Sequence record: SRR20825010_1566
Reading direction: 5' to 3' (one strand)
DNA length: 20,000 nucleotides
Below are positions 9,826-17,366 of the stretch, one piece after another. The number at the start of each line of letters is the position of its first letter. The first letter of the stretch is position 1. The position numbers and the translations under genes were made by a program. Under the pieces are notes generated by a model. It searched no databases, had not been told where the DNA came from, and saw nothing but the letters and a program-made list of their open reading frames with translations.

Positions 9826-10446
9826 ATGGAAAGCCGGATATCAAAAGGTGAACTGACACGAGGAAGGATATTGGACCTTGCCGAGGAAGCCGTTTTGCAA
9901 AAGGGCTTTGCTGCGACATCAATTGATGAACTGATTGCTGCAGCAGAGATTACCAAGAGCGGTTTTTTCTATCATTTTAAAGACAAGGCGCATCTGGCGA
10001 AGGAAATGTTCCAGCGGTATCTGGAACGCGAGGATGAAATCTTCGAGGAACTGGAGGGGCGTGCCGACGAGCTGAGTGACGACCCGCTTCATAGTACTCT
10101 GATCTTGATCAAGCTATTTGCCGAGATGTTCGAGAATATACCAAAAAATCATCCTGGATGCCTGGTTGCTGTTTATTGCTATCAACACCAATTATTCAAC
10201 GATGAAATCCGTGAGCTCAATGTTGCCAGTCTGTTGCGTTGGCGAAACGTGTATCGTACTCGCCTTGACCGTATTATTGAGAAATACCCTGTCGAGAATG
10301 TTGATCTGGAAGCACTCTCTGATTTGGCGCTGACCTTCGTTGAGGGAGGGATTATCCTTTCAAAAACGCTTGATGATCGGGAACTGTTACCTCGGCAGAT
10401 GCTGTTGTTTCGCGATTATATTCGGCGTATTTTCAGCCCTGTATGA
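9826..10446 (+). CDS. TetR/AcrR family transcriptional regulator
   Basis: TRGRILDLA...[11 protein letters not shown]...[16 protein letters not shown] and C-terminal PGCL motif. Divergent from the desaturase. Start set at ATG 9826. Confidence 0.95.
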   Translation: MESRISKGELTRGRILDLAEEAVLQKGFAATSIDELIAAAEITKSGFFYHFKDKAHLAKEMFQRYLEREDEIFEELEGRADELSDDPLHSTLILIKLFAEMFENIPKNHPGCLVAVYCYQHQLFNDEIRELNVASLLRWRNVYRTRLDRIIEKYPVENVDLEALSDLALTFVEGGIILSKTLDDRELLPRQMLLFRDYIRRIFSPV

Positions 10447-10486
10447 GGTTTACGGATATTGCTTCAGAATACCGTCAGGGGGTGCC

Positions 10487-10840
10487 ATGACAAAACACCG
10501 CATTTACACCATGAGCTTCGCGAGCGTCTACCCGCACTATGTTGCGAAGGCGGAGAAAAAGGGCCGCACCAAAGCCGAGGTTGATGAGATCATCCGTTGG
10601 CTCACCGGGTATGATGACAAGGCTCTGGCGGGTGTTAGTGAAAACAGGACTGACTTTGAAACCTTCTTCACCGAAGCGCCAGAAATGAACCCTGCGCGAG
10701 ACCTTATCAAAGGCGTGGTTTGCGGCGTGCGGGTGGAAGAGGTGGAAGAGCCCACCATGCGCGAAATCCGCTACCTCGATAAGCTTATCGATGAGCTGGC
10801 AAAAGGCAAAGCGATGGAAAAAATTCTGCGCAAGCAGTGA
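10487..10840 (+). CDS. DUF2200 family protein
   Basis: [24 protein letters not shown]...WLTGY...[11 protein letters not shown]...[15 protein letters not shown]. True start is ATG 10487 after AGGGGG, not 10340. Confidence 0.9.
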   Translation: MTKHRIYTMSFASVYPHYVAKAEKKGRTKAEVDEIIRWLTGYDDKALAGVSENRTDFETFFTEAPEMNPARDLIKGVVCGVRVEEVEEPTMREIRYLDKLIDELAKGKAMEKILRKQ

Positions 10841-10874
10841 GGTGCTGTGGGGCTGGATTTTCGACAGGGAAAAA

Positions 10875-10950
10875 TGGTGCCGGCACCAAGATTCGAACTC
10901 GGGGCCTGATGATTACAAATCAACTGCTCTACCAACTGAGCTATACCGGC
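10875..10950 (-). tRNA. tRNA-Thr (anticodon UGU)
   Basis: Minus strand reads GCCGGTATAGCTCAGTTGGTAGAGCAGTTGATTTGTAATCATCAGGCCCCGAGTTCGAATCTTGGTGCCGGCACCA: 76 nt, D-loop, anticodon loop TTTGTAA, GTTCGAAT T-loop, encoded CCA. Confidence 0.97.
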
Positions 10951-10985
10951 ACTTTTTCAGTATGACGCGTTTTCGCGTGGCGCAT

Positions 10986-11013
10986 CTTCTAACACAAAAA
11001 AAAATCAGTTCAA
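10986..11013 (-). promoter_or_regulatory. Putative tRNA promoter
   Basis: Minus strand TTGAAC, 16 nt including a T9 tract, TAGAAG, then GC-rich ATGCGCCACGCG (discriminator-like). Confidence 0.45.
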
Positions 11014-11041
11014 GCCCTTTTGATGAGATTTTTGCGTAGGG

Positions 11042-11404
11042 CTATTTGATGCTGATGTCGGTATGAAATGCTTCGGTTGTCCATGCTTCGATATGGAAGG
11101 CTGAAGCCTTGAGATTCAGCGTCTTCCGGGCCTCTTTCCCGGTGTCCCTCAGGCATTGCAGGGCACGGTCTTTCTGCGGTGGTAGCACAGAAAGGTGAAT
11201 CGCCAGCGCTTGTTCTTTAAGTACATCGCCGTCGTACCGGGCTTTCACCTCATCCCCGTCTGTCGCCCAGAACCCGGCGGCAGGCGCTATTGTTGCGCCG
11301 CCAAACTGGCGGGCAAGGCGCTCCCCAAAAAAGGCGGTGGCTTGATCGATCTGATCGCTCTCAACGGTGATATAGGCGATAAAGCAGACGCGTGCGTTGC
11401 TCAT
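11042..11404 (-). CDS. Hypothetical 120-aa protein, probable PII/GlnB-like (DUF3574 / SAM-lyase-like) fold
   Basis: RBS AAGGA upstream. Strand-helix-FGGATI...GFW...long loop...E-strand-helix-strand pattern. Fold assignment is inference. Confidence 0.7.
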   Translation of the reverse strand: MSNARVCFIAYITVESDQIDQATAFFGERLARQFGGATIAPAAGFWATDGDEVKARYDGDVLKEQALAIHLSVLPPQKDRALQCLRDTGKEARKTLNLKASAFHIEAWTTEAFHTDISIK

Positions 11405-11423
11405 GAATTATGGTGTCCTTCCC

Positions 11424-12797
11424 TTAGCGTCTGCCGCGGTAAACGGAAACGGTTACCAGTAGCACGATTGCGATGGCTCCCCAAATCCAGCCGTCCGGCG
11501 GCAGGGCGGCAAATGCGTCCAGCACGCCGGGCACGCCATCTTGGCGAATAGCCTCGGTGTGAGAAACTTCCGCGAGGCTGAGAAATAGATCGACCACGGC
11601 AACGCCACCGATAGCCGTGAGTATCAGCTCGATCGACCTGTTCTGTTTGCTGCGGCGCCGGCTTTCAAGCCGCTCAAGTCGCTTGCGGGCAAACTCGGCC
11701 ATTTCAAGCGCGCCATCGGCCACTTTATCCAGCTCCCAGGCGTCTATCGTGGTGTCCAGAATCTGCCGCCTGTGGTTTTGTGCCCCGCGCCGACTTTCAC
11801 CAAACTCCATGCTGACAAAGCTCAGATGATCCAACCGTTTGGTCATGGACTGCAGGAGAGCGTTGGCCCGACGACCTTTCCTGAGGCCGCTTTTCTCCAG
11901 CGCGCCGATTTGCAGCAGGATACGTTTTAGTATGGCGTTATAGGTAGAGAGAATTGCGTTATAGAACTGGCAGAGCGACTGGGCGCGAAACCACTCTGTG
12001 GCGGCACTGTTGAGGTCGCCTTCTGTAATAACTAGACAATTGCCGGAGCCGATGTGGGCCTTCCCTAAACCGATGTCCTTAAGTTCGCCATCTTTTGGGC
12101 AAGCTGCCCAGTCTAAAAGGGCGGCTTTCTCCGTTGCAGGCAAGTTTGTTTCGCTCACAAGTATGGTGCGCCCTGTCCACAAAACATGGCGTTCATTTTT
12201 GTGTTCTTGGTCATCAAAATGAATGTCGTTAAAAACATCGAAGTCCGCCTGCTTGCGGAAGCGGATATCGTCATTGTTGATGGCTTCCAGCTTGGGCTTC
12301 GCCTTGACGAAGTTGGGGTAAATCAGCTCGTGGTAAAGGGCGCTGGCCAAGATTGATACTGCCGCATCGAAGCTTGATTGTTGCTCGCGCGTAACAAGGT
12401 CAAATGGATTTTCGCCCGGTGGACGTTCGAAGTCCAACCGCAGAAGTGCGAGTGTGTCATCAAAAATATACAGCTCAGCGCAAGCAAGGGTGAGCTTCCA
12501 TTTTGTGCAGAAGGCGTTGATGATTTCCTGTTCATTTGTTCCGTCTGCAAACCGGATGTCGCGTTTGAATAGAGGCCGGAAGAAGCGCGGGCAGAGGTCA
12601 TTCTCGAGGCTGCCATACCCATAGCTCCAGTTGAGCGCTGAAGGTTCACCAATAGCGCTAAACAGCTGGTCAAAACTGTCGCCGGTGAGCGGCAGTGGTG
12701 CGCGAGCCTGAAAGTCAAAACCCGCCAGATCTTCGCTCTCAAGATTGATCGGCGCGCGGATGGGTGTGATCGTGTTTAGTCGGAAATGTGCTGTCAT
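11424..12797 (-). CDS. Hypothetical 457-aa membrane protein with CorA-like architecture (no GMN motif)
   Basis: Soluble alpha/beta N-terminal region, long amphipathic helices, basic stalk (RKRLERLESRRRSKQNR), two C-terminal TM helices (IELILTAIGGVAVVDLFLSLA; WIWGAIAIVLLVTVSVY) and a basic tail RGRR. Confidence 0.75.
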   Translation of the reverse strand: MTAHFRLNTITPIRAPINLESEDLAGFDFQARAPLPLTGDSFDQLFSAIGEPSALNWSYGYGSLENDLCPRFFRPLFKRDIRFADGTNEQEIINAFCTKWKLTLACAELYIFDDTLALLRLDFERPPGENPFDLVTREQQSSFDAAVSILASALYHELIYPNFVKAKPKLEAINNDDIRFRKQADFDVFNDIHFDDQEHKNERHVLWTGRTILVSETNLPATEKAALLDWAACPKDGELKDIGLGKAHIGSGNCLVITEGDLNSAATEWFRAQSLCQFYNAILSTYNAILKRILLQIGALEKSGLRKGRRANALLQSMTKRLDHLSFVSMEFGESRRGAQNHRRQILDTTIDAWELDKVADGALEMAEFARKRLERLESRRRSKQNRSIELILTAIGGVAVVDLFLSLAEVSHTEAIRQDGVPGVLDAFAALPPDGWIWGAIAIVLLVTVSVYRGRR

Positions 12798-12835
12798 AAG
12801 CGGTCTGGAAATTGCCCCCGGGAAATTTTGAATTG

Positions 12836-12864
12836 ATGGTAGGGGCTGAGGCCGGAGGGGTCAA
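12836..12864 (-). promoter_or_regulatory. Near-consensus sigma70 promoter for the 12797-11042 operon
   Basis: Minus strand TTGACC (12864-12859), 17-nt spacer, TACCAT (12841-12836), about 40 nt upstream of ATG 12797. Confidence 0.7.
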
Positions 12865-13008
12865 TCATGGGATGGGATATGAGGAAAATGGCGGTTGGTT
12901 TAATGCCACACCTGCGCCCCATAAACCGTCACACTTCCCGGGAATCTGTGGCGTGTTTCGCCCCATATACGCCTCACATCCGCCACAGCCTTTGAGTATT
13001 TTTCTGGA

Positions 13009-13641
13009 TCAATGGGCCCTTCGGAAGGTTAAATTGATGCGTTTTTCACCTATTCTGGCGTCTCGCGCCCGCTCAACCTTCTTCACACCATGATAAATAA
13101 GCCGTGCTGGCCCACCAAAGACGATGACATCTCCGTCATAGAGTGGGATGTTTTCCGCCCTGCCACCACGGGTGAGGCCATATAGCTGGAACACGGCTGG
13201 AATACCGATGGAAACCGAGACAATAGGCCAGTTCCTGTCGGCTTCGTCCTGGTCGATATGGGGGCTTAGCCTGATGCCGGGCGTATATTCATTGATCAGG
13301 CAGGCGTCAGGCTCAAACCCGCTGAAACCGGCCTGTTCTGCGGCCTCTCTGGCGAGTGTGCGGAAGCTTAAAGGTATATCAGGCCAGGGGTTTCCGCTTA
13401 AGGGGTCGTACGCGGTGTAGCGGTATCCAGTGGGCTCCGACACCCAACCAAGCGGCCCGCAGTTGCTCATGGCGACCTGCATCTGGCGGCCGCCTGGCGT
13501 TAACATGCGCCGAAGCGGGGAAGCGCCCAGAAGGACCGGTATTTCTGCCAGTAAAATGTCTGTATCCGCAAAGGATGTAAGCAGGGTTACACCTTCGCGG
13601 ATTGACTGTTTTTCAGGCCGGAGTTTGGTGAAAAGGTCCAT
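13009..13641 (-). CDS. alkB: Alpha-ketoglutarate-dependent DNA/RNA demethylase AlkB
   Basis: TPGG..M.VAMSNCGPLGWVS...YRY, PDACLINEY, HIDQDE (HxD), PIVSVSIG, YHGV, RINLTFR. Confidence 0.96.
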   Translation of the reverse strand: MDLFTKLRPEKQSIREGVTLLTSFADTDILLAEIPVLLGASPLRRMLTPGGRQMQVAMSNCGPLGWVSEPTGYRYTAYDPLSGNPWPDIPLSFRTLAREAAEQAGFSGFEPDACLINEYTPGIRLSPHIDQDEADRNWPIVSVSIGIPAVFQLYGLTRGGRAENIPLYDGDVIVFGGPARLIYHGVKKVERARDARIGEKRINLTFRRAH

Positions 13642-13654
13642 ATTTTATAATGTC

Positions 13655-14392
13655 TTATGTGGCATCATGATAGATAACGCCGAGCATATACCGTGTGCCG
13701 GAGGTGACCTCGCTCACCCCGTGGCGGAGTGTGGTACGGTGATAGCCTCGGCTACCCAGCCGGGGGCGTTCATTCACAGCAAAAACAATCGCTTCGCCTT
13801 GTTGGAGACTGACAACCTGCGGCCTTGACTGCATGCGGGGGCGGTTCTCCACAAGGACAAATTCACCTCCAGTGAACTCTTCTTCCGGTTTGCTGAGCAT
13901 GACGGCCATCTGGAACGGGAAATACTCTTCACCATACAGGTCCTGATGCAGGCAATTATAATCGCCAGCGCCATATTTGAGGATAAGTGGTGTTGGGCGT
14001 TTTTGGCCCTTTTCATGGCAGTGCGCGATATAGCCATCATGACTATCTGGGTATCGTGTGTCCCGCGAAAGTCTTTCATTCCAATGGTTTGCGATCATGC
14101 TTAGTGGCGTGTAGCTGGCACTTCTAATTGTGGTGAGCGGGTCGGGCAGAGGATAGGAGAAATATTTATACTCCCCTTTCCCGAAGCCGTACCGTGCCAT
14201 GTGAATATGGCTGCGATACAGGACTTCATCGTCATACCGGGCCCGGAAATAGGAGCATTCCGCGGGGCTCAACAAGGGCCCGAGCTTTGCAAAACCGTGC
14301 TCAAACAAGCTCTCTTGGGCTACGGTCCAGTCGAGCTGTTCAACCCGTTCAGTCAGCGTAGGGTTAAGCGTGGGTTGGGGCACGTTCATCAT
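13655..14392 (-). CDS. 2OG-Fe(II) oxygenase (DUF2086-like), in the ada operon
   Basis: GFGKGEYKYF, RPTPLILKY, NCLHQDLYGE (HxD), FTGGEFVL.E.RPRMQSR, RHGVS. ATGA overlap with the ada stop. Confidence 0.9.
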   Translation of the reverse strand: MMNVPQPTLNPTLTERVEQLDWTVAQESLFEHGFAKLGPLLSPAECSYFRARYDDEVLYRSHIHMARYGFGKGEYKYFSYPLPDPLTTIRSASYTPLSMIANHWNERLSRDTRYPDSHDGYIAHCHEKGQKRPTPLILKYGAGDYNCLHQDLYGEEYFPFQMAVMLSKPEEEFTGGEFVLVENRPRMQSRPQVVSLQQGEAIVFAVNERPRLGSRGYHRTTLRHGVSEVTSGTRYMLGVIYHDAT

Positions 14393-15480
14393 GCGCTCTC
14401 CTTCTCAAGGAGGGCGCGTTTGCGCTCAACACCCCAGCGGTAGCCGCTGATGCCGCCGTTGCTACGCACAACCCGGTGGCATGGGATAGCCACAGCGATG
14501 CGGTTGCTGGCGCAGGCACGGGCTACGGCGCGCACAGCCTCCGGCGACCCGATAGCTTCGGCCACATCTTTGTAGCTCTTTGTTTCACCTGACGGAATTT
14601 CCCGGAGCACAGCCCAGACCCTTTGCTGGAATGCGGTGCCACGGATATCAAGTGGCAGTGTCGCGGGGGCTGATTTTCCGTCTTCGATCATGGCAATTGC
14701 GGTGCCGACCCAGGCTTTCAGCTCAGTGCTGGCTTCCTCAAGCACTGCGCTGGGAAACTCGCTCATAAGCGCCGCTTCCAGGCCCGCATGGTTGTCGCCC
14801 AACTGGATGGTGCAAATGCCCCGGTCTGTCGCGCCCACCAGCACAAACCCTAGGGAACATGCAGCGATGGCGTAGCGGATGGTTTTGCCGGAGCCGCCCG
14901 CGCGGTATTCTTTGGGCGTCATGCCCAGCATGCCTTGGGCGTTTTCATAAAAGCGGCTGTTGGCGTTATAGCCTGCGTCATAAATTGCTTCGGTTACCGT
15001 GCGGCTTTCCTTAAGGCTGCCTTTCACATTTTTTGTGCGGTGGCTTGTCGCGTATGCCTTGGGGGTCACCCCAGTGACTTCCTTAAAAATCCGGTGGAAA
15101 TGATAGGGGCTCAGGCCTATATGCGCAGCAACTTCCACGAGAGGAGGCGCTGTCTCAGACTCTTCAATGAAACGACAGGCCTTGGCGACAAGGTCAGTGC
15201 GTTCGTGCCATGTGGGTGTTTCTGTCGGTTTACAGCGTTTGCAGGCGCGAAAACCGGCGGTCTCAGCGTCCAGCGGCGAGGTGTGAAAATCCACATTCTC
15301 CCGCCGCGGTTGGCGCGCACCGCAGGATGGCCGACAGAACACTCCGGTCGTTGCGACAGAGAAGAAGAACTGGCCATCTGCCGTTTTGTCCCGGCGTAGT
15401 ACCGCCTGCCATTTTTCTTCATCGGTCAAATATTTGCCGTCGGCTTCATCACTCATGCTTATTCGCGTCTCAACACTCAT
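14389..15480 (-). CDS. ada: Bifunctional transcriptional activator / O6-methylguanine-DNA methyltransferase Ada
   Basis: Zn-binding FCRPSC and RACKRC, AraC HTH (LSPYHFHRIFK), GTAFQQRVW, active-site IPCHRV. RBS GAGGAG. Confidence 0.97.
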   Translation of the reverse strand: MSVETRISMSDEADGKYLTDEEKWQAVLRRDKTADGQFFFSVATTGVFCRPSCGARQPRRENVDFHTSPLDAETAGFRACKRCKPTETPTWHERTDLVAKACRFIEESETAPPLVEVAAHIGLSPYHFHRIFKEVTGVTPKAYATSHRTKNVKGSLKESRTVTEAIYDAGYNANSRFYENAQGMLGMTPKEYRAGGSGKTIRYAIAACSLGFVLVGATDRGICTIQLGDNHAGLEAALMSEFPSAVLEEASTELKAWVGTAIAMIEDGKSAPATLPLDIRGTAFQQRVWAVLREIPSGETKSYKDVAEAIGSPEAVRAVARACASNRIAVAIPCHRVVRSNGGISGYRWGVERKRALLEKESA

Positions 15481-15554
15481 TATCTTCTCCTCGCATTATA
15501 TATCAGGCGATGGGTAAAAGATAAGAGAGCTTGGCTGATACTGCTCTCCGAAGC

Positions 15555-15567
15555 TTGCTCTTGAATT
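15555..15567 (-). promoter_or_regulatory. Ada box (A box / B box)
   Basis: Minus strand AAT-TCAAGA-GCAA matches the E. coli Ada site AAT-N6-GCAA, about 75 nt upstream of ada. Confidence 0.75.
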
Positions 15568-15666
15568 CAGTTTTTGGTGAGCAGACCTCACAAAGCTTGA
15601 GCCAGGCCCGGTTTGGGGCCATATAAATAGGTGAAAAGAAAGAATAACTGACGACGAGGAAGACTG

Positions 15667-16113
15667 ATGTGGCAGAAGGTATCTGAGCTCCTGGGCCTGA
15701 CGGCTGAGCAAAAAGGCGGCAAGGCAAACGAACTGCAACTCGCGACGGCTGCATTGATGGCCCATGTGGCGGCAAGCGATGGCGACTTTTGCGCTGATGA
15801 ACGTGAGCGGTTAAGTGATTGCATGACCGAGCATTTTTGGCTCTCAAGCGAAGATGCTGATGATATTATTGAGCAGGCGCTGGCGGAAAAACAGGATGCG
15901 ACGGACCTTTACCGGTTTACCCGAACTATATCCAAAGAGCTGGATCAGGACGGCAGGCAGGAAATTGTCAGGCTGTTGTGGCAGGTGGCCTTTGCTGACA
16001 ACCGGATTGATAATTTTGAGGCCAATGTTTTGGCCAAGATCGCAGGCCTTCTTGGCGTGACGGAGCAGGACCGTATCCAGATCAAGCATGAAGTGGAAGC
16101 GTCAATCGCCTGA
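15667..16113 (+). CDS. TerB-like (tellurite-resistance B fold) protein
   Basis: LATAALMAHVAASDG.F...ER...DLYRFT...LWQVAFAD..ID.FE...KIAGLLGV. RBS GAGGA. Confidence 0.88.
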   Translation: MWQKVSELLGLTAEQKGGKANELQLATAALMAHVAASDGDFCADERERLSDCMTEHFWLSSEDADDIIEQALAEKQDATDLYRFTRTISKELDQDGRQEIVRLLWQVAFADNRIDNFEANVLAKIAGLLGVTEQDRIQIKHEVEASIA

Positions 16114-16124
16114 GGGCTGTGCGG

Positions 16125-16244
16125 CTAGCCAACCACAAACATATAGATAACAAAACCACTTACCGCGAGCATGTTCAATACGCTTATGATGGTAGATGAG
16201 CCGCCGGGCGATGGCATCCGTTCCTTGTTTGAGGGCATATTCAT
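16125..16244 (-). CDS. Putative 39-aa small membrane protein (not in the ORF track)
   Basis: Manual translation MNMPSNKERMPSPGGSSTIISVLNMLAVSGFVIYMFVVG*. AAGGA lies 9 nt before ATG; uncharged C-terminal ~21 aa; stop 11 nt from the convergent terB-like stop. Confidence 0.55.
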   Translation of the reverse strand: MNMPSNKERMPSPGGSSTIISVLNMLAVSGFVIYMFVVG

Positions 16245-16406
16245 TTTCTTGTTTCCTTCGTGTCGTGTCCGTCAGAAGTGGGGAGCAGGTCACACCTTTT
16301 GAAGTAGCGTGAAACGCAACACCCCGTTCCATTTTTGAGAACATGCTGTTTTTGGATCGTTCACACCAAAACCTTGTGAAGCATACCTAATGGTGCAGAC
16401 CATCCC

Positions 16407-16437
16407 TTGAAAAGATACCGACCGGTATGTATATAAG
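16407..16437 (+). promoter_or_regulatory. tetR promoter with embedded operator
   Basis: TTGAAA (16407-16412), palindrome ATACCG-AC-CGGTAT (16415-16428) in the spacer, then TATATAAG. Confidence 0.8.
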
Positions 16438-16473
16438 GTAATAGAATTCAGCCAAAGTAGGGAAGAGGTTGAG

Positions 16474-17112
16474 ATGACAAGGTCTAAAAATACACGTGAG
16501 CGTTTGCTCGATACTGCAATCGATCTGATCTGGAAGAGCAATTATACACGCGTTGGCGTGAACGAGATCTGTAAAGCTGCGGGCGTGACCAAAGGTGGTT
16601 TCTATCATCACTTTGAAACGAAGGCCGATCTTTTCTATGAAGCGTCTGTGCATCATTGGGAGCAGAAGAAGCATGAGCTGGATGAAGTTTTTTCCGCCCG
16701 GTATACACCCATCGAACAGCTAGAAAATTTGGTGAACCACATTCTTGCTTATCAGACCGAAGAGGAACTGGGAGACGATAACCCTGTATCCGGCTGCCCT
16801 TTCTTCACCTCAGGCGCGCAGGTTGGTACGGGCGAAGACAAGGTGCGCCAAGCCGGTCAGCTTATGTGCCAGAACGCGCAGAAGTATGATGAAGCCCTGG
16901 TTCGGGGGCTGCAGTCTGGCGGTTATCTGAACAGCGAATGTGACCCGAGGCAGGTTGCTCGTATCTTGTTGCAATATGTTCAGGGCCTGCTGCTTTACGG
17001 TCGTACCTTTTATGACCTTGAGGTTGTGAAGGCCGATATCCGTGAAGGGCTGTACCGAATCCTCGATGTAAAGGCCGAATACCGGGCCGTGGCGCAACCG
17101 AAAGCGGCCTGA
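16474..17112 (+). CDS. TetR/AcrR family regulator of the RND efflux operon
   Basis: TRERLLDTA...GVNEICKAAGVTKGGFYHHFETK HTH and GCPF motif. Shares operator palindromes with the downstream pump promoter. Confidence 0.95.
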   Translation: MTRSKNTRERLLDTAIDLIWKSNYTRVGVNEICKAAGVTKGGFYHHFETKADLFYEASVHHWEQKKHELDEVFSARYTPIEQLENLVNHILAYQTEEELGDDNPVSGCPFFTSGAQVGTGEDKVRQAGQLMCQNAQKYDEALVRGLQSGGYLNSECDPRQVARILLQYVQGLLLYGRTFYDLEVVKADIREGLYRILDVKAEYRAVAQPKAA

Positions 17113-17142
17113 GCCGCATAAGCTGCCCATAAATGAATAATG

Positions 17143-17181
17143 AAGCTGTCCGCACCTGTTGTGCTGGCAGCTTTTTCTTTC
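17143..17181 (+). terminator. Rho-independent terminator after tetR
   Basis: Stem AAGCTGTCCGCAC / GTGCTGGCAGCTT with one mismatch and one G-U, 5-nt loop, followed by TTTCTTTT. Confidence 0.7.
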
Positions 17182-17275
17182 AAGTGCCCGAGGCCTCCTC
17201 ACGCCAAGTTATTGAAAACACGCCACTATAAGTCTCGTGAATAACCGCAATCAGAATTAAAAATCGCAAAAGGGG

Positions 17276-17335
17276 TTGAAAACATACCGATCGGTATGCA
17301 TTTAGACTTCAAGCGAAACAAACCGACCGGTATGT
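17276..17335 (+). promoter_or_regulatory. Efflux operon promoter with two TetR operators
   Basis: TTGAAA (17276-17281), perfect palindrome CATACCGATCGGTATG (17283-17298), second copy ACAAACCGACCGGTATGT (17318-17335). Confidence 0.85.
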
Positions 17336-17366
17336 AAACGGTCATAACGACACCGAGGACACGATA

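Noticed and set aside
10340-10486. N-terminal extension of the DUF2200 ORF
   Set aside because: Overlaps the tetR 3' end; family similarity and RBS begin at ATG 10487.
10875-10900. tRNA-Thr 3' end as an integration site (contains the palindrome TGGTGCCGGCACCA)
   Set aside because: I found no integrase and no duplicated tRNA 3' end in the window by eye. The CorA-like operon lies on the 5' side of the tRNA, not the usual island side.
10908-10924. U-U mismatch in the tRNA anticodon stem suggesting a pseudogene
   Set aside because: The rest of the cloverleaf, the CCA end and a promoter-like signal are intact; single mismatches here are tolerated.
10791-11039. 82-aa ORF containing WCRHQDSNSGPDDYKSTALPTEL
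   Set aside because: Typical translation of the antisense strand of a tRNA gene.
15495-15500. Perfect TATAAT upstream of ada
   Set aside because: Too close to the RBS (the start site would fall within it) and no -35 at suitable spacing.
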